NCBI GenBank assembly: GCA_965203055.1
Contig: OZ241863.1
Span: 2,880,001-2,944,000, forward strand
DNA length: 64,000 bases
Direction of reading: 5' to 3'
Source of the DNA: Spirochaetia bacterium
GTDB taxonomy: Bacteria > Spirochaetota > Spirochaetia > SZUA-6 > Bin103
This document shows positions 18,941-28,188 of the stretch, piece after piece (positions within the stretch are counted from its first letter, which is position 1; every line of letters starts with the position of its first letter). Both the position numbers and the translations under genes were made by a program. The notes beneath the pieces were generated by a model. The model was not told the origin of the DNA. It was given only the letters and a program-made list of their open reading frames with translations, and ran no database searches.

Positions 18941-20405
18941 CGCCGGCCCGGGCGCCGGCGTCGGCCGGCGCGCCCGGCCGCGCGCGGACGGCAGCCTGCG
19001 GACAGCCCGGGCCGTGATCGGCCGCCGGCGCGCCCGGCCGCGCGCGGGCGGTCACCCGCATCGGCAGGCCATTGTGCGGCCGCAGCCCCACCCACGGCGC
19101 CGGGCGCGGCGGTTCGCCGGCCGCCAGTTCCAGCCGGTACTGCTGCGCGATGCGCGCGATGGCCAGAATCGCCTCGGCGGTGGCGAAGCTCTGGCCGATG
19201 CAGGTGCGCGGGCCGCCGCTGAAGGGCAGGTAGCTGTAGCGCCGCGGCTCGGGTCCGTCCAGCCAGCGCCGGGGCTGGAACCGTTCCGCGGCGGCAAAGA
19301 AGCGCTCGTCGCGGTGGGTCACCCAGGGACAGATCAGGAGCACGGTTCCGGGCGCCACCCGGTAGCCGCCGAGGGTGAGTTCCGTATACGCCATGCGGGG
19401 GATGATCGGCACCGGCGGATAGAGGCGCAGCGCTTCCTTGAACACCGCGTCGCACCAGGTGAGCGCCGCCGCGTCATCCTTGCCCGGCGCGCGCCCGCCG
19501 AGGACGGCATCCACTTCGGCGTAGAGTCGTTGCGCGACGGAGGGGTGCTGGGCCAGCAGATACCAGGTCCAGGTCAGCGCCACCGCGGTGGTCTCGTGGC
19601 CGGCGATCAGCAGCGCGATGATCTGGTATTGCCACTCCGGATTCTCCAACAGGCCGGCTTCGCGGTCGCCGGCGCGCCGCAGCGCGGCGATCAGGTTGCC
19701 GGCGCCGGCCCCCCCGCCGTCAGCGCCCTCCGGCTGCTCGCGGAGGATCCGTTCGACCAGCTTGCGGCCGGCGCCGACCGCCTGCCGCAGCTTGCGGTTC
19801 TCGCGGGTGGGAACGATCGGCGGCGCCTGGAACGGATGAGTGGCGCGATGGGTAATGTCGCGCACGATGGTTTCGCAGGTGTCCAGGATGTGCTCGCGGT
19901 CGCCCGGAAAGTCGACGCCGTAGAGGGCGTTGAGCACGATGTCCAGAGTGATGCGCAGCATCTCGCGGTGCACCTCGCGCACCTCCCCGTCGCGCCAGGT
20001 CGATGCGTGCCGCTCTGCCATCCGCACCATGGTGGGACCGTAGCGCGCCAGCGCGCTGCGCTTGAGCGACGGGTTGAAGCGGTGCCGCTCGCGCACCCAG
20101 AAGTCTTCGTCGCCGGGAAAGTTGATGACCCGGTAGACGTATTCGCCGCCGGCCAGGAAGTAATCCAGGCGGGTGGGCGGCCTGGACTTGCTGCGCGTGA
20201 ACTTGCGCGCATTGGTGGCGAGCACGCTCTCCAACAGGTCGGGGTGATTGATGAACACCAGTTCCTGCCGGCCGGCGGTGAGCCGAACCAGGTCGCCGTG
20301 GTCGCGCGCCGCGCGGGTCAGGAAGCCGAGCGGGTCGCGGCGGAAGTGCAGGGCGTTGCCCAGGAACGGCAGGCCGCGCGGTCCGGGAGGAGCAGCGGTG
20401 ATCAT
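18924..20405 (-). CDS. Cytochrome P450
   Basis: PPGP, AGHETT, EALR, FSGGPRTCIG. Confidence 0.95.
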   Translation of the reverse strand: MITAAPPGPRGLPFLGNALHFRRDPLGFLTRAARDHGDLVRLTAGRQELVFINHPDLLESVLATNARKFTRSKSRPPTRLDYFLAGGEYVYRVINFPGDEDFWVRERHRFNPSLKRSALARYGPTMVRMAERHASTWRDGEVREVHREMLRITLDIVLNALYGVDFPGDREHILDTCETIVRDITHRATHPFQAPPIVPTRENRKLRQAVGAGRKLVERILREQPEGADGGGAGAGNLIAALRRAGDREAGLLENPEWQYQIIALLIAGHETTAVALTWTWYLLAQHPSVAQRLYAEVDAVLGGRAPGKDDAAALTWCDAVFKEALRLYPPVPIIPRMAYTELTLGGYRVAPGTVLLICPWVTHRDERFFAAAERFQPRRWLDGPEPRRYSYLPFSGGPRTCIGQSFATAEAILAIARIAQQYRLELAAGEPPRPAPWVGLRPHNGLPMRVTARARPGAPAADHGPGCPQAAVRARPGAPADAGARAGATGRA

Positions 20406-20537
20406 CGGGCATGATGCTGGCTGCGGGCGGCGCGCCCGTCAACCCTTGGCCCCGGCCTGCGGTCCGCGCCGCGCGGTCCAGCGCGCCGCCGGGCCGATAC
20501 ATTGATTGAACGATACATTGAAGTTGACGCGGACTCT

Positions 20538-22538
20538 ATGAGACTGATTGAAGAGATCGTGCTGCTGCTGCTCGATGACGACCGCGGCGACCTGGCCCCG
20601 GGGCTGTCCAAGGTTACCCTGAACGTGGTCCTGGCCGGCGCCGTGCTGATGGACCTGGCGCTGGACAACCGCATCGATACCGATCTCGCCCGGCTGGTAC
20701 TGCTCGATGGCACGCCGCTGGACGACGATCTTCTGGATCCCTCCCTGGCCGCCATCGCGCGCGAACCGCACGAGCACGACGCCGGGTTCTGGGTACGCAA
20801 CCTGGCCGCTGCCGGCGACCGCCTCCTGGCGCGGGCGCAGGCCCGGCTGCTGCGCCGCGGCATCCTCGAATCGACCTCCGAAGGGCCGTTCTTCCTGACC
20901 CGCCGGGTGTTCCGCGCCCGCCGCTATCCCCCGTCCGGCGGGAAGCAGGTGGAGGAAGTGCGGCTGCGCGTGATGCGCGTCCTGTTCAGCGACGACATTC
21001 CCGACCCGCGCGAGATCGCCATCATCTGCCTGGCGGACGCCGCCGATCTGTTTCGAAACATTCTGTCCGGGTCGGAACTGGAGCAGGTACGCGATCGGAT
21101 CGACCTGGTCACCCGGATGGACCTGATCGGACAGTCGGTCACGCAGGCCGTCCGCGAGCTCGAAGGCGGCGGCCCGGGCTCCTCGGCCGCCCGCTCCTCC
21201 CCGGAGATCCCCGCCGCGCCGGGGCTGCCCCTGGTCGGCAACGCCTTCGCCATGGCCGGTTCGGTGCGCGCCTTCCTCGCCCGGCACTACCTGAACCTGG
21301 GGCCGGTCTTTCGGGTGCGCGCGCTCAACCGCCGCTTCGTCGCCCTGGTCGGCCCGGAGGCCAACCTGTTCCTGGCGAACGACGGCAAGGCGCTGTTCCG
21401 CAGCTACGAACTGTGGCTCGACTTCAATGCCGAAGTAGGAACGATGCGCACGATCGTCAGCATGGACGGCGCCGAGCACATGCGCATGCGCAAGGTACAG
21501 GGCAGAGCGTACTCGCGCCGGCGCATCGAAGAACGGCTGGCGGAGGTCGTCGAGGTCACCAGACGGGAGATCGACTCCTGGCCGCGGGAGCGGCCGGTCA
21601 CCGGCCAGTACGCCTTCCAGCGCATCGTCTGCGAGCAGCTCGGCGCGATGACCGCCAGCATGTCCCCGCGCGGCTACGTCGACGACCTGATCGTCTACCT
21701 GGAGATGCTGCTGAAGACCCGCGTCGCGCGCCAGCGTCCCGCGCTGACGCGCTACCTGCCGCGCGTGCGGCGCGCGCGGCGGCGGCTGGCGGAGTTGTAC
21801 GCCGAGGTGGTGGCCGCGCACGCGCCGGAGCGGCGCCGCGGCAAGAGTCCGGATCTGATCGACGATCTCCTGGAGCTGCACCGCGCCGATCCGCTGTTCC
21901 TGCCGGAGACCGACCTGCCGATCGCCCTGCTCGGGCCGTTCATCGTCACGCTCGACACGGTCGGCAGCACCTGCGCCTTCATGCTCTACGCGCTCCTGAA
22001 GCACCCGGAGCTGCTGCGGCGGATGCGGGCCGAGGTCGACGCCTTCTTCGACCGCGGCCCGCCGACCGCCGCGGGACTGCGGCAGCTCGACGTCACCCAC
22101 CGCATCGCCCTGGAGACGCTGCGCCTCTATCCGGTCATTCCCGGACTCATACGCACCGCCGCCAACTCGTTCGAGTTCGCCGGCTATACCGTGCCGGCCG
22201 GGACCGAGGTGCTCATCGGCAACACGGTGCCGCACCACCTGCCGGAGTACTTTCCCGATCCGCAGCGGTTCGACATCGACCGCTACACCCCGGATCGGGC
22301 CGAGCACCGCCGGCGCGGGGCCTACGCGCCGTTCGGCGCCGGCCCGCACCGTTGCCTGGGCAGCAGCTTCGCGGAGGTGCAGATCATGCTCACCATGGCC
22401 ACCGTGGTCCGCGAAGCCGAGCTGGCGCTCGACCCGCCCGGCTACTCGCTGAAGGTCAGGCAGGTGCCGAACCCGCGGCCCGACGACTCGTTCCGGTTCC
22501 GCGTGGCCGGCCGCCGGGGAGGCCGCGATGTCCGCTGA
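20538..22538 (+). CDS. GPP34 (GOLPH3-like) domain fused to cytochrome P450
   Basis: N-terminal EEIVLLLLDD...LAGAVLMDLAL...DDDLLD (GPP34-like); C-terminal ETLR and FGAGPHRCLG. Confidence 0.85.
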   Translation: MRLIEEIVLLLLDDDRGDLAPGLSKVTLNVVLAGAVLMDLALDNRIDTDLARLVLLDGTPLDDDLLDPSLAAIAREPHEHDAGFWVRNLAAAGDRLLARAQARLLRRGILESTSEGPFFLTRRVFRARRYPPSGGKQVEEVRLRVMRVLFSDDIPDPREIAIICLADAADLFRNILSGSELEQVRDRIDLVTRMDLIGQSVTQAVRELEGGGPGSSAARSSPEIPAAPGLPLVGNAFAMAGSVRAFLARHYLNLGPVFRVRALNRRFVALVGPEANLFLANDGKALFRSYELWLDFNAEVGTMRTIVSMDGAEHMRMRKVQGRAYSRRRIEERLAEVVEVTRREIDSWPRERPVTGQYAFQRIVCEQLGAMTASMSPRGYVDDLIVYLEMLLKTRVARQRPALTRYLPRVRRARRRLAELYAEVVAAHAPERRRGKSPDLIDDLLELHRADPLFLPETDLPIALLGPFIVTLDTVGSTCAFMLYALLKHPELLRRMRAEVDAFFDRGPPTAAGLRQLDVTHRIALETLRLYPVIPGLIRTAANSFEFAGYTVPAGTEVLIGNTVPHHLPEYFPDPQRFDIDRYTPDRAEHRRRGAYAPFGAGPHRCLGSSFAEVQIMLTMATVVREAELALDPPGYSLKVRQVPNPRPDDSFRFRVAGRRGGRDVR

Positions 22539-23733
22539 CGGCGGGTCCGCGAAGCTGCCGCGCTATCATTCGCTCGACCGCCTGCGGGCGGTGATGATGC
22601 TGCTGGGACTGGTCCTGCATGCCTCCGTCAGCTACGTCCCCGAGCTGCCCGAAGGGGTCGCGTGGCCGTACGTCGACGCGCGCACCAGCCCGGTCTTCGA
22701 CTGGTTGATCGTCTTCATCCACGTGTTCCGGATGCCGGTATTCTTCACGGTGGCGGGGTTCTTCGCTGCCTTCCTGGTCGCTACGCGCGGCATCCGGGCA
22801 TTTCTGCGCCACCGTTGGAGCCGGATCGGCGTGCCGTTCCTGGTCGGCTGGCTGCTCCTCGCGCCGGCGACGTTGGGCGCCGTGATCTACGCGCAGCGGT
22901 TCTCCGCGGTCGAGCCGCCGCCCCTGGTCACGGGCGGCGCGGCGGACGTGATCTTCGCGGAGGGCCTCCTCATGCACCTCTGGTTCCTGTACCACCTGCT
23001 GCTGTTCTGCGCCGGCGCCGCCCTCGTCCTGCCGCTGCTGCGCCGCATCCCCGAGCCGGTACGCGCACGCTTCCTGGACCGGTTCGGGCGCTCGGTGCAC
23101 CGCGGGGGGCTGGCGCTGCTGGTCGCCGCCGGCGCGGCGGCGCTGTACGGAATGCGCTCGTGGACCATCGATTACGCGGGCGGCATCCTGCCGCAGGCCA
23201 CCGTCCTGGCGACCTACGGGTTGTTCTTCCTGTTCGGGTGGCTGCTGTTCAAGCGGCGAGAGGTCCTGCAGAGCTTCGTGCGGCCGGCGTGGCGGTACTT
23301 CGCCGCCGGGGTGGTCTGCTTCCTGGCGCACCGCTACTTCGTGAACACCGGCTGCGGCCCCGCCGAGCGGTTCTGCGACCCGGCCCCGAGCGGCGCGCAC
23401 CTGGGGGCGGTCCTGTTTCTGGCGGCGGCCACCTGGTTCCTGGTCTACGGCTTCCTGGGGCTGTTCCTGCGCTACATGGAGCGGCCAAACGACTATTGGC
23501 GCTACCTGGCCGACGCTTCCTACTGGATGTACCTCGTCCATCCGCCGCTGGTCATGGTGCTGCCGACCCTGTTTGCGGACTGGGCGGTGCCGGCGGGCAT
23601 CAAGTTCGGTCTGGTGCTGGCCGCGGCGGCCGCGCTCACGCTGGCGACGTACCATTATCTGGTGCGGGCGACGTTCATCGGCAAGCTGCTGAACGGGCGG
23701 CGCTATCCGCGCGCCGCGCCGCGGCTGGCGTGA
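22528..23733 (+). CDS. Acyltransferase-3 family membrane protein (OpgC/MdoC-like)
   Basis: LDRLRA, FRMPVFFTVAGFF, HLWFL, ADASYWMYLVH. Confidence 0.9.
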   Translation: MSADGGSAKLPRYHSLDRLRAVMMLLGLVLHASVSYVPELPEGVAWPYVDARTSPVFDWLIVFIHVFRMPVFFTVAGFFAAFLVATRGIRAFLRHRWSRIGVPFLVGWLLLAPATLGAVIYAQRFSAVEPPPLVTGGAADVIFAEGLLMHLWFLYHLLLFCAGAALVLPLLRRIPEPVRARFLDRFGRSVHRGGLALLVAAGAAALYGMRSWTIDYAGGILPQATVLATYGLFFLFGWLLFKRREVLQSFVRPAWRYFAAGVVCFLAHRYFVNTGCGPAERFCDPAPSGAHLGAVLFLAAATWFLVYGFLGLFLRYMERPNDYWRYLADASYWMYLVHPPLVMVLPTLFADWAVPAGIKFGLVLAAAAALTLATYHYLVRATFIGKLLNGRRYPRAAPRLA

Positions 23734-23747
23734 GGAGGATCTCCCGC

Positions 23748-25322
23748 ATGCGCCTGCTGCCGGTATCCGGATTCTCCGCCGTCCTGCGGTTGTCGCTGGC
23801 GCGCGCCTGGCGCGCCTTCGAGGCCGCGGCGCAAGACCCCGAGCAGGCGCAACGCGCCCTGTGGGCGGAGATCGCCGCCGAATGCCGCGGCTCCCCGATG
23901 TGGAAGCCGCGCTGGGCCGGCGCCGCCGCGCCGCGGCTGGACCAGTTCCCGATCACCGAGTACCAGGACTACCAGCCGGCGATCGACGCGGCGTTCGAGC
24001 GCGGCCACTCGCCGACCACGGCGACCCCGGTCCGCTACTGGGCCTCCAGCAGCGGCACCACCTCGGCCAAGCTCAAACTCTTTCCGTACCTCGCCATGAA
24101 CGGCCGCCAGAGCCACCTCGTCGCCGGCGCCTACGAGGCATCCCTGTACCGCCTGTCGGAGGTGGAGCCGCATATTTCGCTGGCGCCGATGCTCTCCCTG
24201 GCCAACGTCGCGCACCGCGACCCCTCGCCGGCCGGCGTCCCGGTCGGCTCCGCCACCAGCTACTACCTGCGGTTCATGTCGGCGCGCGCGCGCCGCCTGC
24301 TGCAAGTGATCCCGTGGGAGGTCTACACGCGGTCGGAGCTGTGGAACGACTGGGCGCCGCTCTACGCCGCCGCCCGCAACGTGAGCCTGGCGCGGGCGCT
24401 GTCCGCCGGCTGGATCGCGGCGTTCTACGAGTTCCTGCTGCAGCGGATCGACGGTTACTGGGCCTATCTGGAAGGGCGCAAGGAGCCGCCGCCGCCGTTG
24501 CCGCGGCTCAACGTGTCCGCCCGCCGCCGGCGCCACCTGCGGGAGGTGTTTCGCGGCGGCCGCACGCCGGCCATGACCGACGTGTGGCCTACCCTGACCG
24601 CGGTGCTGTGCTGGACCAGCGCCAGCTCCGCCGCGCAGGTGCCGAAGCTCGAGCCCTATCTGGGCACCGCGTCGCTGCTCGACACTCCGTACGCCTGCAC
24701 CGAGGGAGTCCTGACGGTACCGCTGCACGACGGCCGCGACGGGCACCCGCTGCATCCGGGCGCCAACGTCGTCGAGCTGCTGCCCGAGGACGCCGCGCCC
24801 GACGCGGCCAACCTGCTCCCGGCGTGGCGGGCGGAACCGGGGCAGCGGTACGAGGTGTTCCTCACCACGCTGAGCGGCCTGATTCGCTACCGCCTGCACG
24901 ACATCGTGCAGTGCACGGGCTACTACCGGCGCGCCCCGCGCCTGGCGTTCTGCTGCAAGACGGCGTTCCTGCTCAAGGTCACCTCGGCCACGTTCCCGGA
25001 GAACGAGCTGGTCAAGGTGCTGCTGGCGCTCGGCTACCGGGCTCAGGACGACCTGCTGGTCGGGCCCAGTCCGGCCGGCAGCGCCTTCGCGATCTACTAT
25101 CGCGCGGACGCGGCCCGGTCGGTCACCGCCGCGGCGCTCGACCGGGCGTTGCGCGCGGCGTCCCGGTTGTATGACCACGAACGCACGCGCGGCGTCCTGG
25201 GCCCGGTCGAGTCGGTAACCGTGCCCGCCTCCCACCCGATGTGGGAATGGCGCAGCCGCCCCCGGGCCAAGAGCCGCTACATCCTCCAGGAAGCGCCCCG
25301 CGACCTGCCGCCCGGCGCCTAG
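23748..25322 (+). CDS. GH3 family acyl-adenylate/amido synthetase-like protein
   Basis: GAGGAGG RBS; SSGTT, YACTEG, GLIRYRLHD motifs. Confidence 0.85.
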   Translation: MRLLPVSGFSAVLRLSLARAWRAFEAAAQDPEQAQRALWAEIAAECRGSPMWKPRWAGAAAPRLDQFPITEYQDYQPAIDAAFERGHSPTTATPVRYWASSSGTTSAKLKLFPYLAMNGRQSHLVAGAYEASLYRLSEVEPHISLAPMLSLANVAHRDPSPAGVPVGSATSYYLRFMSARARRLLQVIPWEVYTRSELWNDWAPLYAAARNVSLARALSAGWIAAFYEFLLQRIDGYWAYLEGRKEPPPPLPRLNVSARRRRHLREVFRGGRTPAMTDVWPTLTAVLCWTSASSAAQVPKLEPYLGTASLLDTPYACTEGVLTVPLHDGRDGHPLHPGANVVELLPEDAAPDAANLLPAWRAEPGQRYEVFLTTLSGLIRYRLHDIVQCTGYYRRAPRLAFCCKTAFLLKVTSATFPENELVKVLLALGYRAQDDLLVGPSPAGSAFAIYYRADAARSVTAAALDRALRAASRLYDHERTRGVLGPVESVTVPASHPMWEWRSRPRAKSRYILQEAPRDLPPGA

Positions 25323-25452
25323 TCTGCAGGGGGGTTCGGCCCAACCCTGTTGTTGACGCTCCTGTTGCCGTAGTATGTTCGTGTTCAATGCCCGCTTGCG
25401 GCTTGTAGAACCAGCCCGCCCGGCTGGACCAGGCAGGAGAAGGGGATACGCG

Positions 25453-25881
25453 ATGGAGGATTGGCAGTTTTTGGTAGGTGTGGTCGTCTTGCTGGTTTCC
25501 GTGTGGCTTGCCGCCTGGGGCGCGCGGGGCAAGATCGCCAGCGAGGCAAGGGAGACCCGCAGGGAGTCAACGGTTGCCCACAAGGAAATCACCGAGAACA
25601 TCAACAGGGTAGACGCCAAGATCGAGACGAGCGTCGAGACCCTGCGCAGGGAAGCGCGCGAAGACAGGACAGAAGCACGCGAAGGCAGTAAGGGGACCGA
25701 CGCCAAGATCGACGCCCTGCGCGAAAGCGTAGACGCCAAGATCGACAGGACCGACGGCAAGATAGGCGACCTGCGCAAGAGTGTAGACGCCAGGATCGAC
25801 GGGTTGAGCGTGACGGTGAACGATACGCGCAGTATCGTAGAGCGCATCGACACAACGTTGAAGGAACGCGCCCCGAAATGA
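25453..25881 (+). CDS. Membrane-anchored coiled-coil protein with DAKID-like repeats
   Basis: N-terminal TM helix; VDAKIE, TDAKID, VDAKID, TDGKIG, VDARID. Confidence 0.65.
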   Translation: MEDWQFLVGVVVLLVSVWLAAWGARGKIASEARETRRESTVAHKEITENINRVDAKIETSVETLRREAREDRTEAREGSKGTDAKIDALRESVDAKIDRTDGKIGDLRKSVDARIDGLSVTVNDTRSIVERIDTTLKERAPK

Positions 25882-25937
25882 ACGACAACGCCCATAGCGC
25901 CCCGTGGCTCGCCTTGGCGCCTCCGCCTGGTACCCAA

Positions 25938-26433
25938 TTGTGCGGATCGACGTGGGACAAGAGGCCCTTGAGCCGCTCCAAGCCCGCCGGCACTCATCGT
26001 CGATCACCGCTTGAGTTCCCAGCGCCCGCACCCGATCCGCCGGCGCCGCCAGCTCCGGGTCCACCTCGGCCAGCAAATGCATCACCTGCCGGCTGCTCCT
26101 GCCGGCCGCCTGCTCCACCGGCGCTCGCCGCGCCTCCGAGTCCAGCGCCGGCTGCCGCTCCGCCGGCCGCGCCGGCGCCGAGCCGTCCTGCGACTGAGCG
26201 GCAGCCCTGAACCCGATCCCGCCGGGCGTGCTGCGCGCCGCGCGTTCCCGCTTGCGCTCCGGCCGGTCAAAAGCGTTCTGCAACTGCGCGGCCGCGTTCA
26301 GCGTAATCGAGCCGTTCTGCAGACGCTCGCGCACGCCGTCGACGTCCGCGCAGAGCCGCATCGCCTTGATGCGCCGCCATGCCGCGGCGTCGCTGTAGCC
26401 CAGCTCGCCCACCGCGTAATCGAACAGGGTCGA
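25938..26433 (-). pseudogene. Fragment of a DUF222/HNH-endonuclease-type mobile gene
   Basis: TLFDYAVGELGYSDAAAWRRIKAMRLC...; continues across frameshifts (AVIDDEC / GLERLKGLLSHVDPH); both ends missing. Confidence 0.55.
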
Positions 26434-26555
26434 ACGTACTGCCGGGCTTCGAGGTAGCCGTGGAGCATCTGTTTCGCCCGCGGAGCGTCGGGTAGCAGAA
26501 CCGTCCGCCGTTTCTTATACAACCGGAGCGCGGCCGCCGGCTCTGCCCCACCCAG

Positions 26556-27864
26556 TCACAGTTTACCGGTGAAAAACCTCGGCAGAAGCTGGTCGCGAAG
26601 GCCGCGGAGATGGCGGGATTCTCGTTTGTTGGCCTCGATCTTATCCAGCAGCGGATCGACCAGGCTGGAGAAACTCGCTCTGATTGCGAAATCCGCCAGT
26701 GCCACCGGCGTCGCTGCCACCACGGCGGGCCGGACGGCGGGATAGGCGCTGCCGTCGGCGAGCAGCGACAAGCGGGCAAGGTTGGCCGCGGAAGTGACGG
26801 CGCACCAGACCAGTGCGCGGTCGGCTGCCTCGCGCGGGCGCAACACTGCGAAGCCGGTACTGCCGGTCAGGCCATCTTCATCGACCAGCGCAAACGCGCC
26901 GTTTCCCGGCCGCACGGTAGCCATGATCGTGTCGCGTTTGCGGAGCACCCGTCGGGCGCGGCTTGGCGCTTCTTCCCAAGGCATGGTCGCCACGTTCTCC
27001 AGGTATCCCCACTTGGTGTTCGCCAGATCGACATAGGATAGTTCGGTCGGGCGCCGCTTGGCGGACCAGGACTCCGGATTGAGCGATGCGACATCGTGAA
27101 CCGTTCCGCGGCGCCATCCTTCCGGCACCTGGCGATTTCCGATCCCAACGATGCGCTCGGGAAACAGATCATAGATGGGCTCCTGCAAGCCGGTGTCGCG
27201 GCCTGCCATCTTGGCGCGCACCGGCTCGAAATCGACGAACCAGGACTTGAACAGCGCCCGTACCATCGCCTCCAGCGTCTCGTTCATGCGCCGGTTCAGA
27301 TCGATCTTGTCGTCCAGCGAGCCGAGCACGTGCCCGATGGCGCGTTGTTCGGATGGCGACGGAACGGCAACCCTCATGGTTTCGAGGTCGCGCCGCGTTA
27401 CGTGCCCGAGGCCGGTCGTCTGCTTGTTCTTTGCGATGGCAACGAAGTGGGGGTTGAGGTAACGCAACAGGTAGTGGAAGAACGCGGTATCGACGTCGTC
27501 GACCGGCGTGACTCGGAATACGTGCTGGTTCAGCCAGCCCTCCGGTCCCCGCCACCGGTACGCATCGATGGACGTCTCCGGTTGACCTGACCAGGAGAAC
27601 AGCAGGTCGCCGGCGCGAACGCGAACCGCGTCGTCGAAGGTCTGCGTCGTAAACCTGGTCTGCGCTGATATGCCGGCTTTGATCTCGGCGATCTTGATCA
27701 CCGGTTTGCCGCCCGGCAGCGGGGCTGAACTGGATGTTCCGAAAGGCCAAGCCGTTGACCCAATGGGCCAGGGAGAGCAGCGACCGTCGTTGCCAGTGCT
27801 TGGGAAACCGGGGACGGTAGTGCCAACTGGGCGCCGAGCTGCTGCCGGCGGGTTCACCCGTCAC
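26556..27864 (-). pseudogene. hsdS: Orphan type I R-M specificity subunit, frameshifted near 27720
   Basis: N-terminal frame NGLAFRNIQFS shifts into KPVIKIAEIK; PSPSEQRAIGHVLGSLDDKIDLNRRMN spacer; second TRD with GSAYP. Confidence 0.8.
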
Positions 27865-27879
27865 GCCCGAGATACTACC

Positions 27880-28036
27880 GGGGCGCAACGAGGCGCCGCG
27901 TCTTCGGCGCCGAAGTTGCGTCGCCCGCCGGCGTCGCTGCCGAAGTGTCCGGGCGATCCGCGCCGCGGTCCGCCTTCAGCGGCGTAGCGGCTTCGCCGCC
28001 GAAGTTGTGTTGTTCGCCGGCGTCGCTGCCGAAGCG
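27880..28036. repeat. About 39-bp imperfect direct repeats around the palindrome CTTCGGCGCCGAAG; related copy near 59213-59260
   Basis: GCCGAAGTTG...CGCCGGCGTCGCTGCCGAAG at 27909 and 27998. Confidence 0.55.
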
Positions 28037-28188
28037 CCTTTACTTGGTTGTTGGGCATTGGCGATTCAGCCGCAGGGTACCACGCGCCGCCCGGCCGGGT
28101 TGGCGCGCCGGCAGCGCCTCTCAGATAGATGCCCTGGCCCTTCCGGTTTGCTGCGGTCTTTGCTATTGTCCGCGAACGCTGAGAGATC

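Noticed and set aside
18960..19050. 24-bp direct repeat in the P450 tail overlapping the esterase 3' end
   Set aside because: Low-complexity GC duplication beyond the P450 fold; no evidence of function.
22662..23747. 886-aa GH3 ORF with a long N-terminus
   Set aside because: It overlaps the acyltransferase out of frame; a strong RBS precedes ATG 23748.
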